A stretch of 64,000 nt of DNA from an uncultured Acidobacteriota bacterium (GTDB taxonomy: Bacteria; Acidobacteriota; Thermoanaerobaculia; UBA5066): contig CAVZYA010000001.1 in the NCBI GenBank assembly GCA_963779415.1, positions 384,001 through 448,000 of the forward strand, written 5' to 3'. The translations under genes were made by a program, and so were the position numbers. Position 1 is the first letter of the stretch, and each line of letters begins with the position of its first letter. This document shows, one piece after another, positions 1 through 8,864 of the stretch. Below the pieces are notes generated by a model. That model did no database searches. It was not told the DNA's origin and saw nothing but the letters and a program-made list of their open reading frames with translations.

Positions 1-63
1 CCTCTCCGCGAAGGCCTCCGGCGAACGCTCGCCTGGCTCTTCGGGGAGAAGAGGGCGGCATGA
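1..63 (+). CDS. C-terminal fragment of a probable NAD-dependent epimerase/dehydratase (extended SDR), 5' truncated by the window edge
   Basis: Frame 1 reads PLREGLRRTLAWLFGEKRAA*, a typical extended-SDR C-terminal helix. Its TGA overlaps the ATG at 60 (ATGA coupling). Confidence 0.5.
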   Translation, partial: PLREGLRRTLAWLFGEKRAA

Positions 64-797
64 GCGCGGAGAGGACGGGGCCTTCCCTCGCGGAGCTGTT
101 CCGAACGGCCGATCGGAAGCCGACCGTGATTCTCCTGTCGGTGACCGTGCTCGGGGCGGTCTACAGGTACTTCGGGAGCAAGGCGTTCTTCCTCTCGCAC
201 CTCGCGTCGTGGCTGTCTCCCGGTCGGGACGCGGATCTCTTCGGAGGGCTCTACACCTTCGGCTCCTCCTTCGTCCTGTTCGGTCTCGTCCCTGTCCTCA
301 TCGTGAAGACCCTGTTCCGGGAGCCCCTCTCGGCCTACGGCGTCGCGCTGGGTGACTGGTCATTCGGCTGGAGGGTCGTCGTCTTCACGATCCCGCTGTC
401 GCTGGCCCTCAGCTTCGCCGCGTCGAGGAACCCCGAGTTCCTCGTCGAGTACCCGCTCATCCGGGCGGCCACGGGAAGCACGACCGTCTTCGCGGGCCAC
501 GCTGCGGCCTACCTCCTGTTCTACATAGGCTGGGAGGTCGCGTTCCGCGGATTCCTGCAGTTCGGCCTGCGGGATGCGATCGGTGACTGGAATGCCATCC
601 TCGTCCAGACATTCGGTACGTGCCTTCTCCACATCGGCAAGCCTTTCGGCGAGACGATGGGAGCGATCGTCGGAGGGGTGGTCTGGGGAATCATTGCCTA
701 CCGCTCGCGCTCGCTTCTCTACCCCATCCTGACGCACTGGCTGCTGGGGATCTCGCTCGACCTCTTCATCGCTCTTCGCGGCGCGGAGGTGCGGTGA
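60..797 (+). CDS. CPBP/Abi (CAAX type II) family intramembrane glutamic endopeptidase
   Basis: Multi-TM protein with motifs WEVAFRG (ExxxR), FGTCLLH (FxxxH) and THWLLG. Confidence 0.85.
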   Translation: MSAERTGPSLAELFRTADRKPTVILLSVTVLGAVYRYFGSKAFFLSHLASWLSPGRDADLFGGLYTFGSSFVLFGLVPVLIVKTLFREPLSAYGVALGDWSFGWRVVVFTIPLSLALSFAASRNPEFLVEYPLIRAATGSTTVFAGHAAAYLLFYIGWEVAFRGFLQFGLRDAIGDWNAILVQTFGTCLLHIGKPFGETMGAIVGGVVWGIIAYRSRSLLYPILTHWLLGISLDLFIALRGAEVR

Positions 798-1729
798 CGG
801 GGCGAGCACCGGGAAGCGCGGACGCGGGCCGGATCGTCTTCGCGAAGGCCGGCCTGATGGCGACCGACGCTCTCATCCTCGCGACCCTCGCGCTCTTCAT
901 CGCTCTGGCGCTGCTTTTCCGGAACCGCGTCGACGGCTGGGGCCTTCTCGTCGCGAGGAGCCTCGTCGTCTTTGTCGCGGTCCTCGCATCGGCGGCTCTC
1001 GCACGACGCATCCGGGTTCCGTTCGGCCGGTTCCTGCTCCGCACGGCCACGGTCACGCTCTCGTTCGCCTACCTGTTCGAGACGGTCGCCGGACTACAGA
1101 TGATCCTCCACGGACGTTTCCTCGACGACGTCGTTCTCGCGTTCGAGCAGCGGCTCTTTGGCGTCCAACCTACCGTCTGGCTGGAGCGGTTCATGAGGCC
1201 GGCTCTCACGGAGTGGCTGATGTTCTGCTACGTCGTCTACCTTCCGCTCTATCCGGTCCTCTGCGCGATCCTCTGGGTCCGGCGCGGGGAGGCGGCCGTC
1301 GAGGAGTATTTCTTCATCCTGGGCCTGACGAACGTTCTTTGCGACGTCGGCTTCATCCTCTTCCCCGTGGCCGGCCCGCTCTACAGCATTCCCGGCCAAT
1401 ACAGCGTGCCCCTCGACGGCTGGGTGTTCACCTGGGCGGGCGAGCTCATCCGGTCCAGGGCTCACTTCGCGGGGGGCTCGATTCCGAGTCCTCACGCCGC
1501 CGTCGCAACGGTGATGTGGATGATGACCTGGAAGCATTACCGCCCGGCGTTCTGGGCCCTCTCGCCGGTGATCCTCTCCCTCTACATCTCCACGGTCTAC
1601 TGCCGGTATCACTATTTGACGGACCTGGTCGCGGGGATCGCGACGGCCACTCTGGCGGCTCTCGTGGCGCCGCCATTGCTCCGCGTGTGGGACCGGCTCG
1701 CCCGCGGTCGCGACCTCCACGCACAGTAG
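794..1729 (+). CDS. PAP2 superfamily membrane protein, Aur1/inositol-phosphorylceramide-synthase-like
   Basis: GTG 794 overlaps the upstream TGA. Motifs FPVAGP, IPSPHAA (PSxH) and CRYHYLTD (RxHxxxD); about 8 TM segments. Confidence 0.8.
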   Translation: MTGRAPGSADAGRIVFAKAGLMATDALILATLALFIALALLFRNRVDGWGLLVARSLVVFVAVLASAALARRIRVPFGRFLLRTATVTLSFAYLFETVAGLQMILHGRFLDDVVLAFEQRLFGVQPTVWLERFMRPALTEWLMFCYVVYLPLYPVLCAILWVRRGEAAVEEYFFILGLTNVLCDVGFILFPVAGPLYSIPGQYSVPLDGWVFTWAGELIRSRAHFAGGSIPSPHAAVATVMWMMTWKHYRPAFWALSPVILSLYISTVYCRYHYLTDLVAGIATATLAALVAPPLLRVWDRLARGRDLHAQ

Positions 1730-1741
1730 ACTTGGCGGATC

Positions 1742-2758
1742 TTGGAGAAGCGCCCCCTCGTCGCCCTCACCGGGGGAACCGGGTTCGTCGGAAGCCACGT
1801 GGCAGACGCCCTCCTCGCCTCGGGCTACCGGGTTCGGGCTCTCGTCCGGCGTCCGGAAGCTCCCGGCTGGCTGAAAGGGATGGACGTCGAGATCGTCAAG
1901 GGCGATGTTCGCGACGCCTCGTCCCTGGACGCCCTGGTGGAGGGAGCGGAAGCCGTCGTTCACGCGGCGGGGAAGACGTCGGCAAGGAACGAGGCGGAGT
2001 ACCTCGCGGCGAACGCGGGGGGAACGGCGAACGTCGCGGCCGCGACGTCGCGAGAGGCGAGAGGTGCGCACGTCGTCCTCGTCTCGTCTCTGGGGGCGGC
2101 AGGTCCGGGCCGGGCCGGTGCGCCGCTCAAGGCAACCGATCCCGCACGGCCGGTCTCCTCGTACGGACGGTCGAAGCTCGCCGGAGAGCTGGAACTCCGG
2201 CGTGCGACCGGCATCTCGTACACCATTCTCCGCCCCTCGGCCGTCTACGGTCCGCGCGAGACCGCCATCCGGGACCTCTTCGTCGCGGTCTCGAAGGGAA
2301 TCGTCCCTCTTCTCGCCGGCGGGACCCCCCGGATCCAGCTCGTCTATGCCCCCGACTTCGCCTCTGCCGTGATCGGTGCCCTCCGGAGAGGGGGGAGAGG
2401 CGAGACCTTCTTCGTGGCCCACCCGGAGATCCTCACGTACGGGACGATCGCCGAGACCCTGGCCGGCCTCCCGTCGAAGAGGCCGTTTCTCGTCCCGGTT
2501 CCCGGCCCCCTGATCCGGTTCGCGGGCGTCGTCGTCGGCGCCGCCTCGTGGTTCGGGAAGGGACCTCCGGTCTTCAATGCCGAAAAAGCAGACGAGATGC
2601 TTCAGCCGGCGTGGCTCTGTGACGTCTCCGAAACGCAGTCTGCGCTGGGCGGGCCGCTGAAGACGGAATTCCGGTCGGGGGCCCGCCGGACATGGGACTG
2701 GTACGCGGCGAACGGATGGATTCGCTCTGATAACATCACCGCAGGGAAGAGGAGCTAG
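1742..2758 (+). CDS. NAD(P)-dependent epimerase/reductase (extended SDR), candidate ceramide (3-oxo) reductase
   Basis: TGGTGFVG Rossmann motif, YGRSK catalytic motif, LRPSAVYGP; abuts spt. Confidence 0.8.
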   Translation: MEKRPLVALTGGTGFVGSHVADALLASGYRVRALVRRPEAPGWLKGMDVEIVKGDVRDASSLDALVEGAEAVVHAAGKTSARNEAEYLAANAGGTANVAAATSREARGAHVVLVSSLGAAGPGRAGAPLKATDPARPVSSYGRSKLAGELELRRATGISYTILRPSAVYGPRETAIRDLFVAVSKGIVPLLAGGTPRIQLVYAPDFASAVIGALRRGGRGETFFVAHPEILTYGTIAETLAGLPSKRPFLVPVPGPLIRFAGVVVGAASWFGKGPPVFNAEKADEMLQPAWLCDVSETQSALGGPLKTEFRSGARRTWDWYAANGWIRSDNITAGKRS

Positions 2759-4036
2759 ATGACCGATTCTCGTCTGGCGCGGCCGGCGGCCGCCGGAGCG
2801 GAAGAGATATCCGGGGTGGCCGTCCGCTCCGCCGTACCGTCCGCGGGCCGTTCAATCTTCGAGAAGTGCCGCGCCTACACGACGCCGGACGACCTGAAGG
2901 CGGCGGGCCTCTTCCCCTACTTCAGGACCGTCGAGTCGGGACAGGACCCGGTCGTCATGATGAACGGCCGTGAGATGGTCATGCTGGGGTCGAACAACTA
3001 CCTCGGTCTGACTTCTCACCCGAAAGTCAAGGAAGCCGCCATCGCCGCCGTGAGGAAATACGGCGCGGGGTGCGCCGGGAGCCGGCTGCTGAACGGCACG
3101 CTCGACATTCACGTCAAGCTCGAGGAGCGGCTGGCCGGTTTCATGAACAAGCCCGCCTGCGTGACGTTCTCGACCGGTTTCGCCGTCAACCTCGGGGTTC
3201 TCGCGACGATGGCGCAGAAGGGCGACACGATCTATCTCGACCGGCAGGACCACGCCTGCATCTACGACGGGGCGCGCCTCGCCATCGGGGCCGACGTCAA
3301 GAAGTTCCGGCACAACGACCCGTCGGACCTTCGCCGGCTCCTTTCCATGGGCGTCCGGAAGGGAGGCCGGTTCCTCGTCGTGGACGGCATCTTCTCCATG
3401 GAGGGCGACATCGCCCCGATCCGCGAATACGTCGATCTCTGCGAGGCGTGGGACGTGGGGTTCATGGTGGACGACGCGCATGGCATCGGCGTCCTCGGAC
3501 GGCACGGGCGGGGGACGGTCGAGCATTTCGGCCTCGAGGACCGGGTCGATCTGATCATGGGGACTTTCTCGAAGTCCCTCGCGACGGTCGGCGGCTTCGT
3601 CGTCGGAGACGTCGACGTGATCAAGTACATCAAGCACCGGGCGCGCTCGCTGATGTTCACGGCGGCGCCCCCCCCCGCCTCGGTCGCCGCGGCCCTCGCC
3701 GCGGTGGACATCATCGAAGCGGAGCCCGAGCGGCGCGAGAGGCTCTGGGAGAACACGCGCTTCATGCTGACGGAGCTCCGGGCCATGGGATTCGACTGCG
3801 GCCACTCCAACACGCCCGTCATCCCCATCGTCGTCGGCGAGGACATGGACGCTTTCCGGACGGCGGTTCGCCTCCAGGAGGAAGGGGTCTTCGTGAATGC
3901 GGTCGTGAGCCCCGCCACCCCGCCGGGGCGTGCCCTCATCCGGACGTCGTACATGGCGACCCACACGAGGGAACAGCTCACCCGCGCCCTCGGGGCCTTC
4001 CGGAAGGTCGGCCTCGAGATGGGCCTCATCTCCTAG
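2759..4036 (+). CDS. spt: Serine palmitoyltransferase (alpha-oxoamine synthase, PLP)
   Basis: GLFPYFR, GSNNYLGL, GSRLLNGT, DDAHG and GTFSKS (PLP Lys); next to a bCerS-like GNAT gene. RBS GAGGAG upstream. Confidence 0.85.
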   Translation: MTDSRLARPAAAGAEEISGVAVRSAVPSAGRSIFEKCRAYTTPDDLKAAGLFPYFRTVESGQDPVVMMNGREMVMLGSNNYLGLTSHPKVKEAAIAAVRKYGAGCAGSRLLNGTLDIHVKLEERLAGFMNKPACVTFSTGFAVNLGVLATMAQKGDTIYLDRQDHACIYDGARLAIGADVKKFRHNDPSDLRRLLSMGVRKGGRFLVVDGIFSMEGDIAPIREYVDLCEAWDVGFMVDDAHGIGVLGRHGRGTVEHFGLEDRVDLIMGTFSKSLATVGGFVVGDVDVIKYIKHRARSLMFTAAPPPASVAAALAAVDIIEAEPERRERLWENTRFMLTELRAMGFDCGHSNTPVIPIVVGEDMDAFRTAVRLQEEGVFVNAVVSPATPPGRALIRTSYMATHTREQLTRALGAFRKVGLEMGLIS

Positions 4037-5184
4037 GTGGCCGACCCCGTCGTCACCGGCGTGGGGTCGGGCGGAGATCTCCGCGCCTTCGTCGAGCTTC
4101 CTTACCGGCTCTATCGGGGCGACCCGGACTGGGCCCCCCCCTCCGGAGCGACGTGAAGTGGATGCTCGACGAGGCGAAGAATCCGTTCTGGAAGCACGCG
4201 AGGAAGCGGCTTTTCATCGCCCGGCGGGACGGAAGAGTGGTCGGGCGGATCGCCGCGATCGCCGACGACGAGCACAACCGCGTCTGGGGAGACAAGACCG
4301 CCTTCTTCGGCTTCTTCGAGTGCGAGAACGATGCGGAGGCCGCGAAGGCGCTCTTCACCGCGGCCGAAGGCGCCGCGAAGGAGATCCTCCCGGGCTGCGA
4401 CAAGCTCCGCGGACCGGCCAACCCGTCGCTGAACGAGGAGGTCGGTGCGCTCATTCCCGCGGAGAGCGACGCCGGCATTCCGTTCCTGATGATGACCTAC
4501 AACCCGGCTTATTACCTCGACCTCTTCGCCTCCGCCGGTTTCGTCAAGGAGAAGGATCTCGTCGCGATCCTCGCGCCGGTGGACGACCGCTCCCTCGGCC
4601 GGCTCGGGCGGATTGCGGAGGGGGTACGGCGCCGCGAGAAGGGGGGGCTGGTCATCCGGCCGATCCGGATGGACAAGTTCGCCGAGGACCTCGCCATCGT
4701 CAAGGAGATCTACAACAAGGCGTGGGAGAAGAACTGGGGCTTCGTGCCGATGACGTCGGAGGAGATCGATGCCATGGCGAAGAAGCTCAAGCCGCTCCTC
4801 TATCCCCCGTGGGTGCTCTTCGTCGAGCTGAACGGGACGCCCGTCGCTTTCCACCTCGCGATCCCGGACTACAACCTCGTCCTGAACAAGCTCGGGGGCT
4901 CGCTCTTTCCGTTCGGGTGGCTGAAGTTCCTGCTCCTGAAGGGGAAGATCGACCGCAGCCGGACGATGGCCCTCGGCGTCCTCCCCGAGTACCGCAAGAG
5001 AGGCTTCGACGCGGTTCTCTACTACGAGGCGATGAAGGAAGGGGTCCGGATCGGGACGAAGTGGGCCGAGTTCTCCTGGATGCTCGAGGACAATCTCGAC
5101 ATCCTCCGGCCCCTCGAGGTCTTCGGCGGCCGGATCTACCGCCGCTACCGGCTCGTCTGCCGGCCGGTTCCCTCCGGCGCGTAG
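4037..5184 (+). CDS. Bacterial ceramide synthase-like GNAT acyltransferase; one -1 frameshift in the C8 run at 4134-4141
   Basis: GTG 4037 gives MADPVV...FVELPYRLYRGDPDWAPP and continues one base out of frame as LRSDVKW...NPFWKH...GRIAAI...FFGFFE...MTYNPAYY...WEKNWGFVP...GVLPEYRKRG...EFSWMLEDN. These motifs are typical of the bCerS/YghO family. Confidence 0.75.
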
Positions 5185-6068
5185 ATCCCGGGCTCCCGCC
5201 AGCGGAGCCAGGCGTCGCCGGCCCAAAGGACGAGCGGCGTGAGGGCGAACCCCGCGAGGACGTCGACGAGGTAGTGGTACCGGCCGTAGATCGTCGCGAC
5301 GTAGAGCGGGACGGCGAAGAAGAGGAAGCCGAGGAAGGTCTTCCGCGAGCGCTTCGCGGCTTCGATGAGGACGAGCGTCACGACCATCGTGTGCCCGGAG
5401 GGGAAGATGTCCCGCTTGTTCGACTCCGCCTTTTCGAGGGCCTCGTCGATCGCATGACCGACGGGGCCCCGGACGACCGGCGAGGGGAAGGAGAGGGTGA
5501 AGCGCGGCCCGACGGCGGGAACTGCGAAATAACCCGCGTAGCTGACGTAGAAGGTCAGGACGAGAAGGAAGCCGAGCCGCAGAAAGCGTTCGCCGGGACG
5601 CCCGAGGTCGCGAAGGTCGTCGGCGTAGACGAGGGCGCCGAGGGCGATCGGGTGGAAGTAGTAGAGGGCGTAGAAGACGGTCAGGAGCGTGCCGAGAAGG
5701 GGAGAGGAGAACGGCTCGAGGAGCCGCGCGGCATCGGTGCCGAGGAGCAGGCGGTCCGCGGCGATGAGCCATCCGTCCCGGTCGACGGGGTGGACGGCGC
5801 GGACGAGCGGCCCGACGCTCTCGAAGATGAGGAGTATCGGGGCGACGATGTGAAAGTCGAGGAGGGCCGCAACCGGCCGGGGGAGCCGCGGCCACCGGGC
5901 CCGGGCGGCCGCGACGAGAATCGGCACGACGCCGGCCACGGCGATCTTCGCGATCGAGGCGTGATCGGCCACGCGAGGCCAGCAGACGAGCCCCGTCGCG
6001 ACGAGGAGCGCCGCGAAGGCGATCGTCAGCTTCTCGACGGGCTGAAAGCGCACGGCGCTTTGTAGCAC
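5145..6068 (-). CDS. Second PAP2/Aur1-like membrane phosphotransferase/phosphatase (start may be GTG 6053)
   Basis: VPAVGPRF, FPSGHT and YGRYHYLVD motifs; multi-TM; 3' end overlaps the GNAT gene by 40 nt. Confidence 0.8.
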   Translation of the reverse strand: MLQSAVRFQPVEKLTIAFAALLVATGLVCWPRVADHASIAKIAVAGVVPILVAAARARWPRLPRPVAALLDFHIVAPILLIFESVGPLVRAVHPVDRDGWLIAADRLLLGTDAARLLEPFSSPLLGTLLTVFYALYYFHPIALGALVYADDLRDLGRPGERFLRLGFLLVLTFYVSYAGYFAVPAVGPRFTLSFPSPVVRGPVGHAIDEALEKAESNKRDIFPSGHTMVVTLVLIEAAKRSRKTFLGFLFFAVPLYVATIYGRYHYLVDVLAGFALTPLVLWAGDAWLRWREPGIYAPEGTGRQTSR

Positions 6069-6089
6069 GCGCGGACCACCGCCGGTTCC

Positions 6090-6095
6090 TATAAT
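6090..6095 (+). promoter_or_regulatory. Sigma70 -10 box (TATAAT), probable leaderless promoter of nfeD
   Basis: Perfect TATAAT 6 nt before ATG 6102, with no SD in between. Confidence 0.7.
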
Positions 6096-6101
6096 GACCT
6101 C

Positions 6102-7439
6102 ATGAGGCGAGACCTGCTTCTCCTCCCGGTTCTCCTGCTCGCGGCGCTCCCGATCCGTGCGGGTGAGGAAGCCGGGAAGAAAGGGTCATTGCCGACGCGG
6201 CAGGACGTCGTCGTCGCGGACCTGAACACCGAGGTGCACGACGTCAGCGCCGAGTTTCTGACGAAGACGATCGAGGAGGCCGCGGCGGCGGGATCGCCGC
6301 TCGTCGTCATCCGGATCAATACCCCCGGCGGGCGGCTCGACTCGACGCGAAGGATCACGCAGGCGATCCTCGCCTCTCCGATTCCCGTCGTCGGCTACGT
6401 CTGGCCTCCCGGGGGGCAGGCGGCCTCCGCCGGCTTCTTCGTCCTGATGTCTTGTGACGTGGCAGCCATGGCGCCCGGGACGAACGCCGGAGCGGCGTCG
6501 CCGGTCGGAAGCGGCGGCGCGGATCTCCCGAAGACGATCGGAAAGAAGATCAGCGAGGATTCCGCGGCACTGATGCGCTCCCTGACCGAGCCGCGCGGGC
6601 GCCCTTCCGATCTCGCCGTCAAGACGATCACCGAGGCCGTCTCGTTCTCGGAGACGGAATGCCTGGAGAAGAAGATCGTCGAGATCGTGGCCCGCGACAT
6701 GGACGACCTCCTCCGGCAGCTCGACGGCCGGACGATCCGGCGGGTGGGGCGTCCCGAGGTGACTCTTCGGACGGCGGGACTCCCGTGGATGGTGGTGGCC
6801 ATGTCGCCGCTTCAGCGGGCCCTCGCGGTCATCGCGAGCCCGGTGCTGGCCGGCCTCCTGATGCTCCTCGGCCTCGTCGGCCTCTATGCCGAGCTTCAGA
6901 ACCCGGGGGCCATCCTGCCGGGTGTCCTCGGCGGCATCTGCCTCCTGCTCGGGCTCTTCGCCCTGTCGGTCCTGCCGACGAACTGGGTGGGGATCGGCCT
7001 CATGATGCTCGGCCTTCTCTTCTTTCTCCTCGAGGTGAAGCTCACGGGGCACGGGCTCTTCGCCCTCGGCGGCGCCGTCTCGATCATCCTCGGGGCCGTG
7101 CTCCTCGTCTCCCGCGCCGACGGCGCGCCGAGCGGCGAACTCTGGTTCCTCGTCGCGGCGGCGGCCACCACGGCGGCGATCCTCGCCGCGCTCTCGTTCA
7201 AGGCGATCGCGGTTCAGCGGCTTCCGGACAGGACCGGGGACGGGAGCCTCGTCGGGCTCGTCGTCCCGGCGCGGACCGACCTCGCCCCCGCCGGAAAGAT
7301 CTTCGCCGACGGCGCGCTCTGGGACGCGCGGTCGGAGACCCCCGTCAACGCCGGAGAGCCGGTCCGGATCGTGGCCGTCGAGGGGCTCTCCCTCGTCGTC
7401 CGCCCGGAGCCGGCTGCCGCGAGCCATAAGGAGCCCTGA
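6102..7439 (+). CDS. nfeD: NfeD family membrane-bound serine protease (ClpP-like domain + TM + OB fold)
   Basis: Signal peptide, INTPGG, AASAG (catalytic Ser), [14 protein letters not shown]-terminal W-x-A OB domain; coupled to an SPFH gene. Confidence 0.9.
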   Translation: MRRDLLLLPVLLLAALPIRAGEEAGKKGSLPTRQDVVVADLNTEVHDVSAEFLTKTIEEAAAAGSPLVVIRINTPGGRLDSTRRITQAILASPIPVVGYVWPPGGQAASAGFFVLMSCDVAAMAPGTNAGAASPVGSGGADLPKTIGKKISEDSAALMRSLTEPRGRPSDLAVKTITEAVSFSETECLEKKIVEIVARDMDDLLRQLDGRTIRRVGRPEVTLRTAGLPWMVVAMSPLQRALAVIASPVLAGLLMLLGLVGLYAELQNPGAILPGVLGGICLLLGLFALSVLPTNWVGIGLMMLGLLFFLLEVKLTGHGLFALGGAVSIILGAVLLVSRADGAPSGELWFLVAAAATTAAILAALSFKAIAVQRLPDRTGDGSLVGLVVPARTDLAPAGKIFADGALWDARSETPVNAGEPVRIVAVEGLSLVVRPEPAAASHKEP

Positions 7440-8218
7440 TGAGCCAGATGCTGCCCGGTCCCTTCGTCATCGCGGTCATCCTCGTCGTCATCATCTTTCT
7501 CTCGCGATGGATCAACATCCTGAACGAGTACGAGCGGGCCGTCACGTTCTGGCTCGGCCGGCTCGGCGAGGTTCCGAAAGGTCCGGGCCTGACGTTCATC
7601 TTCTGGCCCTTCGAGAAGATGGTGCGGATCGACCTTCGCACCGTCACGCACAACGTCCCGCCCCAGGACGTCATCACGAAGGACAACGTCTCGGTCAAGG
7701 TGAACGCGGTCGTCTACTTCCACGTCATGGACCCGGCGAAGGCGCTCGTCAAGGTGGCGAACTACTTCGACGCCACCTCGCAGCTCGCCCAGACGACGCT
7801 CCGCTCCGTCCTCGGCCAGGCATCGCTCGACGAGCTCCTCTCCGAGCGCGACAAGCTGAACCAGTCGCTCCAGGAGATCATCGACCGGCACACCGAGCCG
7901 TGGGGGATCAAGGTGACCCTCGTGGAGGTGAAGCAGGTCGACCTGCCGATCGAGATGCAGCGCGCCATGGCCAAGCAGGCCGAAGCCGAGCGCGAGAAGC
8001 GGGCCAAGATCATCCATGCCTCGGGCGAGTACGAGGCGTCGCGTCAGCTCTCCGAGGCGGCGGAGATCATCGGACGGCAGCCCGCCACGCTTCAGCTCCG
8101 CTATCTGCAGACGCTGACCGAGATCGCCACGGAGAAGAACTCCACGATCATCTTCCCCCTTCCGATCGACCTGATCTCGACCTTCCTGAACGCGAAGAAG
8201 CCCGGGGCCGGAGGTTGA
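7439..8218 (+). CDS. Stomatin/slipin (SPFH, band 7) family protein
   Basis: [48 protein letters not shown]. Confidence 0.95.
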   Translation: MSQMLPGPFVIAVILVVIIFLSRWINILNEYERAVTFWLGRLGEVPKGPGLTFIFWPFEKMVRIDLRTVTHNVPPQDVITKDNVSVKVNAVVYFHVMDPAKALVKVANYFDATSQLAQTTLRSVLGQASLDELLSERDKLNQSLQEIIDRHTEPWGIKVTLVEVKQVDLPIEMQRAMAKQAEAEREKRAKIIHASGEYEASRQLSEAAEIIGRQPATLQLRYLQTLTEIATEKNSTIIFPLPIDLISTFLNAKKPGAGG

Positions 8219-8225
8219 GGCACAC

Positions 8226-8864
8226 GTGAACGAAGAGAACCCGGGCGTCCACTACCAGATCTCGGTCACGGGACGACAGGCGGCGGCCTTCTTTCTCGCG
8301 ATTCTCGTCGCCCTCGCGCTCGCCTTCTATTTCGGAATGAGGACGGGCGCGGCCGCGACGAAAGGCCCGGGGGTCGCCACGACGCTGGCGCAGGTCTCCG
8401 ACCTTCCGGTGCCGTCGCCCGCAGCGACGGCCGAGACGGCACCCGGAAAACCGGAAGAGGTGAAGCTCGGCTTCGCCCCGCCCGCGAAACCCGACACCTC
8501 CTCTCCGGCCGCGGCACCGGCTAAGGAGGCGACGCCGGCACGCGCGAGGGAGGCGGCGGCCCCGACGCCGCGGCCCCAGCCGACGGCGGCTCCTCCGGCG
8601 CCGACGCCCGCTCCGAAGGCGGCCAGGAAGTCCGGGCCATACTACGTACAGGTCCTCGCGACGCAGAATGCGGGCGAGGCCGACGAGAAGACGAAGAAGC
8701 TCCGCGGCGACGGCTTCGCGGCCGACGTGACGCCTGTTCCGAACAAGCCGGGGTGGTTCCGGGTCCGTGTGGGGCCGTTTTCCGACCGGAGCAAGGCCAC
8801 GGCGGCGGCGACGAAGATCCAGAAGGTCGAAAAGACGAAGAGCCGTCCGATCGTCGTTCCGTGA
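8226..8864 (+). CDS. SPOR domain cell-division protein (DedD/FtsN-like)
   Basis: N-terminal TM, Pro/Ala linker, C-terminal YYVQV...WFRVRVGPF SPOR domain. Confidence 0.85.
   Translation: MNEENPGVHYQISVTGRQAAAFFLAILVALALAFYFGMRTGAAATKGPGVATTLAQVSDLPVPSPAATAETAPGKPEEVKLGFAPPAKPDTSSPAAAPAKEATPARAREAAAPTPRPQPTAAPPAPTPAPKAARKSGPYYVQVLATQNAGEADEKTKKLRGDGFAADVTPVPNKPGWFRVRVGPFSDRSKATAAATKIQKVEKTKSRPIVVP

Noticed and set aside
3668-3676. Poly-C tract in spt (and a poly-C tract near 62730 in the LptA-like gene) as phase-variation sites
   Set aside because: The reading frames are intact and the tracts encode ordinary Pro or Gly runs.
2759-4036. BioF or Kbl assignment for the AOS enzyme
   Set aside because: GSRLLNGT and PYFR motifs plus the GNAT/SDR/PAP2 context favour Spt; no bio or tdh genes are nearby.
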